From Strigamia acuminata (Eukaryota): a stretch of 64,000 bases of DNA. The notes beneath the pieces were generated by a model that was not told where the DNA came from, searched no databases, and saw nothing but the letters and a program-made list of their open reading frames with translations. Where the stretch lies: assembly GCA_949358305.1 (NCBI GenBank), contig OX442314.1:17732001-17796000 (forward strand). The letters are read 5' to 3'. Of the stretch, positions 24,695 to 37,500 are shown one piece after another. The stretch's first letter is position 1; each line of letters opens with the position of its first letter. The position numbers and the translations under genes were made by a program.

Positions 24695-26450
24695 ATTTTG
24701 TTTTAAATTAAATATATGTGTTATTTCTTTTTTTTTTTTTTTTTTTTGTTTTTTATTTAAATTTGAAGTTTACTGCTCCTGTGAAATTGCCTACGCTTAT
24801 AAGGCAAAAAAAATGAGGCAAGATTCAACAAACAACAATAAATTTCTTTTATTGGTGACAGAAGGTAAAAAGACACCGTTGTAATGACTTGTTTATAGTC
24901 ATTACAATTGCGTGTGGTCTACTGCCACTGGTGTCTGATCTCTGAAATTATCTCAAGGAAAAAGGCCTACAACGACTCAATTAGTTGGATATTAAATGAT
25001 TTTTATTAATATATATCTTTGTTTACACTTGGTAAGACAGAAACATGCTTGAAGGCATCAAGAAGAGGAATAAAAACATGTCAATTGTCAACAGAATAGA
25101 AATTATTGCGCTTGTCTCGTATGCCCTTTTTCCATAAAGTTGAATTGAATTTCATAGTTCAAAGTTTCTTTTATAATCGGGAGAGGGCTCATGTTTTTTT
25201 TTTTTTTTTTTTTTTTACTTTTTATTATTAAAAAAAACAGAATTCTGTTTTTTTTTTATAACTTGATAGGCAAATTAAATTTGGCGCTGGATGGTTATTT
25301 GACACGAGAATAGAAAAATAAAATTGGAAAACAGATTACAGTTGAGCAAGTTGATTGAGATTCCGAACAGGGAGCGCGTTTTTAATTAAAAGAAAAAATT
25401 CATTTGTAGCCTCAGTCAATATCACACAAGACAGAGCGTATAGTATTTGGGCTTGTCACTTAACTTTTGTAAATTTAAATAGAGTAACTTCGGTTTGGTT
25501 TCCTTATATTTTAAGAAGTCTTTTTTTTTTCTTCTTCTTTTTTTCAGTGAAGATTAATCAATTGAGTTTTATATTATTGGAACTAGAAGAATGTAATTTC
25601 GAGTTTTTCCTTTTTTCCTTCTCCATTCCTTCATCTTGTAATTTGCTGCGTTCAATCGTTTTTCGTTTTCTCTTTTATTCGCGCTCAAACCCTTTTACCT
25701 TAGAATATTGGTTGAAATGTCTAGGTTTTTTGCTTGCATTTTATGGGAGTGAGAGATTATTGAGAATTTTTCGCCATTTTATTGTAGGTTTAGGAGGTAT
25801 CAAAAGTATGATTGTAACCATCTGCATTTGATTATTTTCTCTGTAGGTGCGAATTATGCATGAGTTTTGATAAGAAATAATTTTCAGCTCGGGTTGGTAT
25901 AAAGAGAAGGGAAGAAAAAATGAATATCGTGCTCGAATAAGAAAAATTTCATTTGTACTTTCTACACCACACCATTTCACTGCTCAGACAATAATTTGAA
26001 AAGAAAGAGAGGAGGGAAACGAAATTTAATTTTCCAGTTTACCATAAAGTTTAGAATACATTTTTTTTTCTTCTTTCGTACCATCTAATAAACAAAAAAA
26101 TAAAAGCCCAAAAAAAATTGTCTAACAAGGAAAAATAAAAGTAGAAAAAAAAATAGAAATTGTCACTTGTTCACTAATAAGTTTTTTGCTTGACGTTTGA
26201 GGTCTTCATTTGAATAAATAAAATAGAAAAAAATATAAGTTTCATTTCCTATTACCAATTCAGAAAAATTCCGGTTTAGATTATTAAATATTAAAGGTTG
26301 GAATAAATTTTAAAAAAATTAAGGTAGAAAGTTTAAGTTAAAAATTTGTTTTTCTAGAATGGTTATTAATGAAGGCCCTGTCGCTAAAGGTGATGTCAGG
26401 CCTGTTGTAAAAGGTCGTTGCAGTCGAGTATCGCAAGTGCAACACGGGCG

Positions 26451-26490
26451 TTTGTTTGTTTGTTTGTTTGTTTGTTTGTTTGTTTGTTTG
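26451..26490. repeat. (TTTG)10 microsatellite
   Basis: Perfect tetranucleotide run read directly. Confidence 0.97.
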
Positions 26491-27898
26491 GTGCAATAGA
26501 GTTGTTTAGTCTGAGGTGCAAGATAAATGGTTAAGAAAGGTTGTTTAAGCAGACCTCACTGTCCCTCAGCAAGGGAATATAGAAAGGAAATGTCCCTTGG
26601 GTGCATTCACATGGTCAAGCAGTGCAGCCATTTCGGAGAGAGATCTAAGGGGCAAGAGAGCAATTCGTTTAAATTACTCTCTAAAGAATTATTCTTTGGA
26701 ATTAGTTTAATTTTCCCAATTCACTAAAGCTGAACATTAAGGGGTTTGTGCTAGTTGGTGTTTTGAGATTCTGACCACGATTTATTAGTGGGGCTGACAT
26801 AAAATAAATGTAGTTTGAAGTTGAAAATCGAGTTTTGCGCTGATTAAATAATTTTTTCATCCTTTTGTTGAGTTTTCTGAGATTTTTGCGATGAAAGTTT
26901 CAATATTTGATGTGATTAAAGGATTTAATTTGAAGAATACAGTCTGCTGCTTATGGCTGGAAATTGTTAGCGTGTTGGAGAGGAATGCATTTTGTGCATG
27001 CAAGTACTGTTTGCTAAAGTGATAATCCCGCTGGGTTGTTGATTGACAGATATTGTAGATGCTGTATTAAATTTTGAAAATCTGCTTGAAAGGATTTCTC
27101 AAGGGTTGGTTCAATTGAATGAACCACTTTTAAAATGTGGTGGGAGACATACAGTTGGGATCAAAATGTAAATAAATAAAAATGTAAATAAAAAATATAT
27201 TTTGTTTGAAATGGTCAAATGCGATAAATGGTGCGTGTACATCACGAATGTGATTATTAAAGGGAATGAGACACTGAAGTAATTCTGGCTGAAAAAATAT
27301 CTGCAGTTTTATTAAAGGTATATAATTTTTTTTTTATGTTGCCTTATAAGGAAAAGTTTGGACGGCTAACATATTGAGCTTGGTGAGCAACGTAGTTTGT
27401 CATTGCTAGTGAGGGCACTCTATGTGACCTCATAAATTGTATCAAAATGCATATGGAATAGATGGTTTAAGTGAGAGTGATGAGTGCAGTGAGCGGATTA
27501 TTTCTAAAAAGATATTTATTACATTTATACGTACATAACGCTCCTATGCAGTAAAACGTTTTCTTAAAACTAAATACAGAAATCAGAATTTTGCGACACA
27601 ACTGTGTATTGATTCATTGGTTATCAGGCATGGAGAAATGAGATTGCTAGCAAAAAAGTAACAGATTGCCATTCGGAAATGTTCTGGTTCCTAAAGATAT
27701 TTACAAGACAAGGAGCTGAGTTTTTTTTACATTCTCTACATTTTGTAGAAAGAGTTTGTTTCGAGGTATAGACCTTGGGCTGGTGTCATAGCTTGAATAT
27801 TTTGCCGATAGATTGAGTTATAGCTCTGCAGAACCAGCCGCCATTACTATATTGATAACAACAGACTTGACTTTGAGGTCATGTTTCTTGCTTAATTT

Positions 27899-28517
27899 TG
27901 TGACCAGCTGCCCACTCAGTCTGTGTCACTTACCTGCAACACACGGCGCTTCCACAGCTCTCGCGCACCTCGTGTGTTTCTCGTGCGCAGCCTGTCGCGG
28001 TCCCCCGCACCAGGTGGAGCTGTTGGTCGTTGGCTCCGCCAATTGGGAACCGGAAGTGCCCCTTCCGGAAGTGGTGGGCCCCCCAGTGGCCAAGTTCAGT
28101 GTTATCTGGATCAGCATGGTGAACGGTTGTTTCCCGACCTTCTTCCCATGCCTGATCGCAAGAGAGACCCAAATGATTGGCGCAGCTATGCTGTCGCCTG
28201 TCGGGACCTGAGCGTCCAACACGCCGTGTTCGTCGCATGTTCCTAAGAACGTTGCGACGACGCGGCGCAAACTGCATTCACCGATCTCGTGTGTCATGGC
28301 GATCTCAAGATTGTCGTGACACGCGGTCAAATCAGGAATGGCGGCTAAGCCGCCATTACACTTGGGACACCATATCATACCCCTAGACAACAATAAAGTA
28401 ATAACCAAAACCTAAACTTGTGTCTTTGTTGTATTTCGTGGATTTAATCATTGTGTGTGTTGCGTCCAGCGCCTCGTGGCCCCCCCTGACCACGTAACGT
28501 CTGTCCGAACACTCACA
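27899..28517 (+). mobile_element. Solo LTR (619 bp), probably Ty3/gypsy
   Basis: Sharp GC-rich island bounded by TGTGA...TCACA with a 4-bp TSD ATTT (27895-27898, 28518-28521). Contains CCAAT (28039), two CCGGAAGTG motifs (28050, 28065), and AATAAA (28392-28397) followed by a GT-rich tract. Confidence 0.8.
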
Positions 28518-31500
28518 ATTTGATGCAATTAATGTTGTATTTTTTAAGTGTTATTATTATTTTTTATTGGTTAAAAGAGTAAATAAATTGGGTTGCCATA
28601 TCTGCTGTAATGGACCGTTTGGTGACTGACCGCCAGATGGCGAAGCTTGTTAGAGGGATGAGATTTTCCGTGTGAGATTGACTGCTGGTCAAGTATGTTG
28701 TTTCATAAAATAAATCCAGTTGTTAAGTTTAAAATTATGCATTGTTTTAGACAACTTGAGACAAACTCCCATTGGCTGTTGATTTTTTGCAGCCATTATG
28801 TAATGGTTACAAATGCACAGTTAAAAATAGTGTGAAAAATGCTCCTGTCCACCACATGAGGAGGCTGATTGAAAAGAGTGACTGTAGAGACTATTTTTAG
28901 AACCAATCTTGACCGGTTAGTTCGGTCAAGTTGCAGTTTCGGTTCCAGTTTCTACCTCAGTTCTTCAGGCCACTTTAAAATTAAATGCATTTAACTGTAA
29001 TTTATTGTTTATTTTATGTTTATTTGAATTTGATTTTATGGATATTTTAGTGAATGAATACTAAACGGTTTTATTGAAATTGACTCCTTCCTTATTGGTT
29101 GAGTCGGATCACATGATCAGTTATTTGTAATTTGTATTCCTGAGCTTGCGATATGGCCAACCAATGAGATCTCAAGTTGTCTGAAACAGAGTATAGTACA
29201 TTTACAACATATAATGGAGTATAAAGCATTCTCGGTTTTAAGCGAGAAACACGTGAATGATTGTCTAATTTATGAATATGCAGTGTATGGTACTTCATGG
29301 ATTACTGTTAAATGAAGTGAAGTTTTCTACAGGAGGATCATATAAATGAGGTTGAAAAGAAATGAGGTTGGCCGGTTATTTTGGAGTAACCAGTTAAAGT
29401 TTGGAGAGAAGAAGCGAAGAAGATTGTCAAGTAAAAAGTGTGATTAGAAAGCGTGATGCGGCTTTGAGTTTTTGAGGTTGATGAAGGGTTCTGTGACGTC
29501 AGTCGAGTGAAATGAGTTTTCTTTCGGCTTGAATTAGAGAGAAGAGGAAATGAATTGCAGGTCGTTGGCTGGAGCAATAGGTGCTAAGAAGTTGGCTTGT
29601 GGCACTCGAGGTTGCAGCAGAAGACTGACGTTGGATGGCATGTCGTTTTATTTATACTTTTTTGTTTTTAACACCTCATGCTTGAAGCATTATAATTAAG
29701 CTTCCGTAGGAGATCAAGGGCTGTGCTTTTCTTTTATGGAGATGGGCAGCTTAATTAAAAGTTGGCGCAGATTGGTGACAGCGTAGAAGAAAAGGCCAAC
29801 TTGACACGACACCTTTTCCGTTTTGCTTTTGTTACTCTAGTCTTTATTAAATTCCTTTTTTTTTCTTTTTTTGCTTTTTCTCATCTAATTGTTTCGCTTA
29901 CTTGTTTTGTTTTTGATTTATTCAATACATTTGTTTTATTTTTATTTAATAATTCTAAACTCATTGCGTAGGAAAGAAATCTTACCTGAAGTCGTGAGAT
30001 TTGTTTAATGTTTAATTAAAGAAAATTTTAACAGTTTGGAGAATAAATAGGGTTTTTTTTTGTTTTACTCCAAGAGGATTTTGTGCAGTCTGTAGAGAAA
30101 CTTATTGTTTTTATTTGGAAATAGTTTCACAGACAAAGAATTCAAACAAAGACAGTGAGAAGCGATAAAAAAGACTTAGTTGTGAAAGAGAAGAGTGGAG
30201 TTGTTTTTAGATCATAAAATGCAAATAACATCCTACATCGCAGTAAAATAAATACGTTTATACGAATTTAAATAATTAATTGCCATTAACTTATCTGCCT
30301 AATGAAATATTAATAAAATATTAAGTAGCACTATTTATGTGTTTACTTGTACATCAGGGACAGCACGATGTTTTTGAAGTGGGAAAGTTTTATTTATTTC
30401 ATCTGTAACATTCATATTCACTGAATATGTGTATTGAAACAAAAGGATAGGAATGTAATGTATTTATTTTGATCTTATGCTTTAAAATCAATATGTTTCA
30501 ATTTTATCTATTTATATATGACATTGTCAGCAATATTCATTTATTTCATGTTAGTAGACTGACGGAAAGTGTACGGAGGAAAAACAATTTTGCAGAAAAC
30601 AAGCGCGGATGTTGTATGATGACAGATGCTTGCAAAGTCGTTGATCGGTATTTGATTACGTGGAGCTTACAACTGGATATAAAACAAGTGATATTTACTG
30701 AAAACAATTTGATTTAAAGATAAACTTAGAAAATCCAATTTTGTTTTGTCGAAATGCGACAGAAATCTCTTTCTTTTTAAATTTCCTTTATTGCTGCTTT
30801 GATAGCGGAATGTCGCAACGTCAAGTGATATAAAAGCAAAAGTTGCTGGATAGATATGAAACTTTTATTTGTGTTTGTATTTGTGCAGTCAATTCGGTAA
30901 GTGTTTACGGTCGTGATTGGAGATGTGTTTTCAAATCATGATAATTAGTTTCATTGCAATTTCAAGTGGCGAATTAATAATTCAACCGTAATTTTATTAT
31001 GCCATGCGGATGAGTGTGTGATTGTAATGTGGTTTGAATTCCATTCAAATCCGGTGCTATTGAAATTCGCTCATCGCCTTTAAATAAAAAAAAATATTGT
31101 TATTAAATTTGGGCTGTTGTAAGGAATTAAATTGGTTGTGGGGCTTAGAATTGTGGCTTAAACTTTCAATTTTCTTCATCTTTTTGGATATGTATAGTGG
31201 TATTCAAATTTACGACCGACATATTTTTTTTCTCATTTCCTTTTCGCAAGTCATGCCTGGTTTTTAAGAGGTCTATTTAAGTAAATATGCGGTGCAGGGA
31301 GTAAATAGGCGTAGATAGATCCTGCTTTTCCGCTTTTACCTCGAAAATTTTTCTGACGTGTGTCGTACAGAAACGCAAACACTCGTACATCAAGATGATC
31401 AGCTGGTTGGTTGGCGCTATCTCGCAAAGACCTGAAACGAGTCGAGTTAAAAACGTGCAATTTTAGAAAATGCAGGGTCCAAGAGTTGTTGAATCAAGTG

Positions 31501-34500
31501 TTGAAAACGTGGCTTGTTGGTCGTATGGATTTTTGCAACGTTGATGTCAGGTGTGCTTGGGATTTTAATTTCATTTTCAAGATTTTATACTTGGTTTATT
31601 TCTCTAGTGTTGCAATGTTATCAAATTAATATTGATTATCCACCGGTTAGTCGTGTAGCTAATGCTGAAGTGAAGCAAATAAACCACTATACAATATTAA
31701 CAGAGATTTATGCTGAGTGCACACATGTAGCGATTTAGTTAATAATTTATCAATTGTTATAATCTGAATTTTAATCAAAGTCAGAAAACTTGAAAAATAA
31801 ATTATGCACAGTTTTAACCCACCAGCAACACCATGCAGCCACTAGCTTGTTTTGCGTGCACAAACAGCGGAAACAAGTAAGACATTTAGGCAATGGCGAT
31901 GTTTGATGATGAGCAACGCAATGTGGGGCGTATTTAAAAGTGCGGAATGTGTTTTTTTATGCTAGTTGTGTGTGTTTGCCTTTCGTTTAGGAGCATGAAA
32001 ATGTTTATATCTTACGCGAAGATTTGACTGGCATTTATATGACATGGGTACAAAGCTCAAGCTAAAGCAATTTATTCATTAATAACTTTTTGTTAAAGTT
32101 AATTTTATTCACTCGCCGCATTTATTTTGATTTTAGTTGCTTAATTCCGCTTTGAAAGGTATTTTTAAACTAACACTGAAAAATTTTAAAGACATGGGTG
32201 ACTTTAAGAGATCAATTAAAAGATTAGACTGCATTCATCTAAGTGTTAATTATGAGATAAAACAGTGACACTAGTAGGGCAATTTGTGTGATGGAATGAT
32301 AATAGAATTAGCAGGCAAAAGGGAGTGGTCACATTTTAGCATAAATAAAAGAAAATTGAATTTTTGAAGACAGTTTGGTTGGTTTTGGGTTGAAATGAGT
32401 GCAGACCATAATGTTGATGAAGTGCACTTTGGTGGCAGACAAAACACTCCATTAGACATGTGGGTAGAATTTTGAGGGTGCATGTGTTGGATTGGATGGC
32501 CACCATGTGTGGTTAATGACACAATTTCTTATAGGGAGATGGGTGCGCGTTGTTGTCCTCCTCTGTCAACTGGCTTAAGCGGGCTTTCTTTGATAATTAG
32601 TCGTGATCATTAATTGTCCGATATTTGAAGTTTTAGACGAGGATGGTGGTAATGACACTTTAATGCAACGTGGTGGTCATTCTTAATGGAAGCTTTCTTC
32701 TTAATGCTTTTCACTGTCGGTGTGTTAAAAGAGAAAAGTAGATGAACTACTTTAAAGGTCATAAGAAGTGAAATGAAAATTTTCTCTGATCTCTTTAAAA
32801 TAATCTTATAAAAGCTTATGTAACATTTCTAACTGTTCAACTTATGGGATATTGTTTACAAGTACAAGTTTACAAGTTCATAAATAGTTTCACTACCGTT
32901 TGGTGGCTTTTTTTTATACATCATCGATGACAAACAAGCACATAAATTCAAGCGCCGATTCGCGATTTCAGCAAGTTTTCATGTGATATCGAGGAAGGAG
33001 ATGTTTTAACTACACTGTGGTACCATGTATGTTTTTAGCAACAAAATTCATGTTTTTAGCTACAAAGTAGATGTTAATTCAATCTTTTTAGCTCAAAAAA
33101 TAGGTTTTTTTTGCCATATTTTGATCAATTTTGGAATTCCACAGCTGCACAATACCCCGTGATAACAAATGAGTAAAATGAGCGGTAAGAGTGTTATTGA
33201 GAAACAATGTACGCATGGTGTGTTTACCTCGGTGTTTACAAATGACGTCATCGATGACATGAAATCTCAGAATGCATTGCACAAAATGTTTTTCTTTTTC
33301 AAATGGTAAAAACACTATTTGATCATGTAAAACCACTAAAACTTAATTATTGCTTAAGTTTTGCAGAAAAAATGTCACATAACCTTTTTTAAAGTTATTT
33401 TAAAGAGATTAGATAAATTTTTCATTTCTCTTCCTATGACCTTTAAAGGAGTTTTCAAAAAATGGTTGAAAGAGGATGTTGAGAATATTTACATTCTGAT
33501 ATTTCTGAATTCAGCTGCAGTAGAAAAAAGGTGCTTATGGAGGGATCAAAATGTGGTTGTTATTGAGCTGTTTATGTTCTCGAATGAGACGGAATAGCGA
33601 AATTGAGATAGGAATTAAGAAAAGAATAGCTTTTTACTTTTTTTTTTATCAAAACATTAGTTGCAAGTCTAAAGCTAGGCGACATTTTAAAGTTATCGGA
33701 CATGCAAAGCTGACATTTAATTTAATCTTCATGAAAAAATAGTTTCAGCTTCGAAAATATTTTTTTTTAAAAGAAAGATTATAGTGATAATGGGACGAAA
33801 TGTTAGTGCTTTGGCTGCTGTTTACATCAGAATTTCAATTCCTGAGTACCATGAGTTAGGGACTGTGCGGTAACTTGTATTTACATTCATTGAAATTGCA
33901 CGTATCGTCCAAATTTTAACGTTTGAGACAAAAAATGAAGGAAGAAATGAACATGATGTTAAATTAGAGGTTTTATTTGAAATTAGGGAGTCGCCCCGCT
34001 AAAAAGCAGTGACGTGAGGTAAATCAATAGCAATCACGAAATAAGTACACAGATTTATAAATATTTACCTGTTTCGAATTTCTTCGGTTTTCTGATATGG
34101 ATTTTATTCTACAGTGCGTAAAGTGTAGCTCGTGTTTTATTCACAGTTTTAAAATGTTACGGTATACATTTTTCAGGAGCGAGGAGTGAGTAAAGTTAGT
34201 TTTTATACTATTTTATCGCTGCATGCTGTCAACATGTTGGTGATTTTGCAGCGTAGAATCCCAGGTCCGTTTCGTAGTGACTCGTAATCTTGTGTTTTAT
34301 TCATCGGACCCATTTTAAAATTGTAAAAACAGCGCCCGAATGCGGGCTGCCTTCTTGGCACATGGTAAAAGTCGTGAGTGGAAATAAAGTGAAATATATG
34401 ATTGTCATATTCATTGGATGATATACAAGGGGTGAAATGTCACATCACGAAAGACAAGGGAGGATTCTTCTGATTATTGATTGCTCTTTTCTCCCAACAG

Positions 34501-37500
34501 GGGGCACATTGCTTGAAGGAGAAATTTGGCACCGACCCCATCATGCCTTCACTCATCCTCCCCCGCGTGATCATAATATTCAGAGGCGCCGTAATTGGCC
34601 AATAAATTTCCGGCAAAGCAGCAGCAGCATGACTTCTCGCTTAACGTAACTGAGTGTGCGCACTACAGGCATATCTCTCGGGCTCAGCTTTCTCTTTCTC
34701 TCCCTTTTTCTGTCTCCCTCGAATCAAATGAAAATTTGATGTGTTGGTGCTACGTCAATTTTTAAACGTTACCAGATAAATTTAAAAGATTTTCTTTCAT
34801 TTTTCTCACTTGTAATTGACGGCTAAACGTAATTACCGATTGGCTGAGATATGGTGAAGGGAAAACGGCAAAGTGCTTGCTACGCGCTTTTTTTCCTCAC
34901 CCTTTATTTCTTTTTTGCTTCCCCTTCCCATTTTTTTCCTCGTCTTACCTGAGGGTTGAGAATTAAGCTGCGTGTGCAGGTGTGGATGGAAAAAGATGAA
35001 GAAATGTAATTTACTGATGAGATTGATAAAATTGTATGCAGTTGTACAAATAAATACTTTCTTTTTTTTGGCTCGGAGCGGGTTGTGACTCTCGGGCATC
35101 GGACTTTGGCGGTAGGGTTACCCCGTTACTGTAAGGGGTTTACGGATTGGCTTCCGTAAACCATTGTTCGCCATCTTGTTTGACCCGTAATGAATCAGTC
35201 TTTCGCTGTTTTCTAACATGCACGTACGTAACTGACTCACATGGGTGAAGACCGTTATTGGTTTTATTAATTGCCAATTTAGTTTGGCATGAATTTAATT
35301 AAACGCTTGGATTTTCTCGGTCCGCGCAAAGCGAATTTTCTGCCGTGGAAAAGTATTCGGTGCAAGTATTTACAAGGGGTGCTTTCCTGCAAGGCCTTGG
35401 CTTCTGAAATTTAAAGCGGATCTAATATCTGGTGAGTTTGAGTTGTGGTCATGGTTATTTGATGAGGTAAAGGAGTAATGAACTTTTTGCAATCTTGCGA
35501 TTCGCCTTGCCATATGCCTTGCCTTACGTTTTTACCTTTAAAAATACAAGTAGCGTTTCTTTAACAAGATGGGAAGGAATACTTGGAGCCTGAATAAATC
35601 TTTCAGTAGACTGAGAATAAATCTTTGCCCCGTTTTCTAGGGGGTTCGATCACATTAATTTATAAAAATGAGAAATTAGTTAAGGTTAGGAGAGCAAATT
35701 GGTTGATGGATTAAGGGTTGCTTCTTGTAGGCTCGAGATAGTTCTTGCATCGTTGTATGTCAACAGAGGGCACCCAAGCACAGAAATGCTGACAGCGTTA
35801 ATGAAATTAAATTAAATGAAATGAACTTTGGTGCTGTTGAAACTGCGTTAGATCTAAAAGTGTTTTTTTTTAAAATAGTGTTTATTCATCATTTAAAGGC
35901 GCAATTATACATATTTTCAAATCTCATTAATATACATTTTTTAAGGGTCCGTGAACCATATGGTTAATTATTTTTATTTTGTGAAAGTAAAAGGGAAATG
36001 ATTTTTTTTTTAAATGAAAGGAAGAAAGAGTCGTGCCATTGGCACATGTTGGTAGTGATTGGGTAAAGTAATGATGCATTGTGTGTAGCTACCTTTTAGC
36101 TGTGTGTTTTTTTCTTCTGTGTATTTTTTTTATGTTTCCGAACACAGTTGAAGAGAAGATGGGAGGCCAATGCTTGAGGGAGATCGTTATTGCCGACGTA
36201 ATATGTCTAGTAGAAGATGGAATTATCTTGTTTTTGGTAGAGGCTTCCTCCTTCCTGACTTTGTTGTATTGGATATATATCATCCAGCCTTTAGGTCAGA
36301 TCGATTTCGATCCTAGAGACGAAGAGACTTGGCGAGCAGAAATTCACGGTTCGTAAATGGTAACTGCTATTGGAACGTAATATGGCTTTAATGTTTTGGG
36401 TGTGATGCTCTCGTCCTATTAGTTGGTATTGTTTGAAATAATGGGAGTTGGTTGTGTAAAATTTAATTGATTTAGAAATCTTTTTTGTATTTATGATTTA
36501 ATTTATTATACTGTTTTAAAGGTTGGGTCGGGCAAGTGGGGAGGGTTTGGATGCTTGTTGAAAGAAAATAATTTAAGCCGGTCGCATGCCAGAGCCAGAA
36601 GCGAAAAATAATTTTCCTAGAAGCCTTTCTTAAGTCCGACCTTTGGGCTGAATGCTGCAGTTGTCTGCTTTAAATTACAAATTATGGGCTGGGAAAAAGA
36701 ATGAAGAATAAATGGGATAAAAATTGTTTTGTTAACAAATAATAAAGGTGGATGGGTTCCTTTGCATTCTAATGGGGTAAATAAAGTATTGGTTTTTTCT
36801 GGTGGCTTAGTTTTTTATTTTATTTTATTTTTTTAAACAAATTTTTAAATTTTTATCGTTTTTGCTGCTTGTTGGGGTTATTAGGATGTTTCGGATGGGA
36901 GTTAATCACATACGGTATTGCCGTGGTAACGGAAACCATTTTAATATCAACGCGCGAATTAAAAATTAATAATTTAATTTGCGCTTTTGTGGAGTTTAAA
37001 AAAATTGCTATTTACTCTTTAATTTAAAAATAAATACATTTTTTGTGTTATTGATTTTAAAAGGGTGTACGTCCGTGACATTATTATGGGAGTGGGTGTT
37101 ACTGTCTGCATGAAAAGTTTTGTTGCTGGGTGCGAAACAAAATTGTGGTTGCGCATGCCCAGATTGGCGTCACTTGCATCACTGGTTGATGAACTATTGT
37201 TTTGATGACATGCGAAATAGTACATAGGCCAAGCACTTTTTCGTCCGCTAATCAGAAGCGAGCGACTGTGGTTGAATGCCGAGACTGCCAAGAAAATGAA
37301 TTGGAATTAATGTTTTAAAAAATAAATAGAACGATGGGCGAGGACAGGGACGACAGTGTTGTCTGTGGTTAAGATTACAACAGTGATTTTGTAATGCGAT
37401 TTTGGTTCGTGATTTCTCCACGTCCAGTGTGGCAAGGATGGAGATGGGTGATAAAACGTGCACTTCTTTTTGCATGACATCATTTATGGACGGTCCCGTA

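Noticed and set aside
25355..25831. 158-aa ORF
   Set aside because: TTG start and Phe/Leu/Ile-rich translation of T-rich intron, with no motif or splice support.
27813..28408. Five overlapping ORFs of 69-160 aa, one vaguely aspartic-protease-like
   Set aside because: They fall largely within a GC-rich solo LTR where stops are rare, and there is no intact D-[ST]-G motif.
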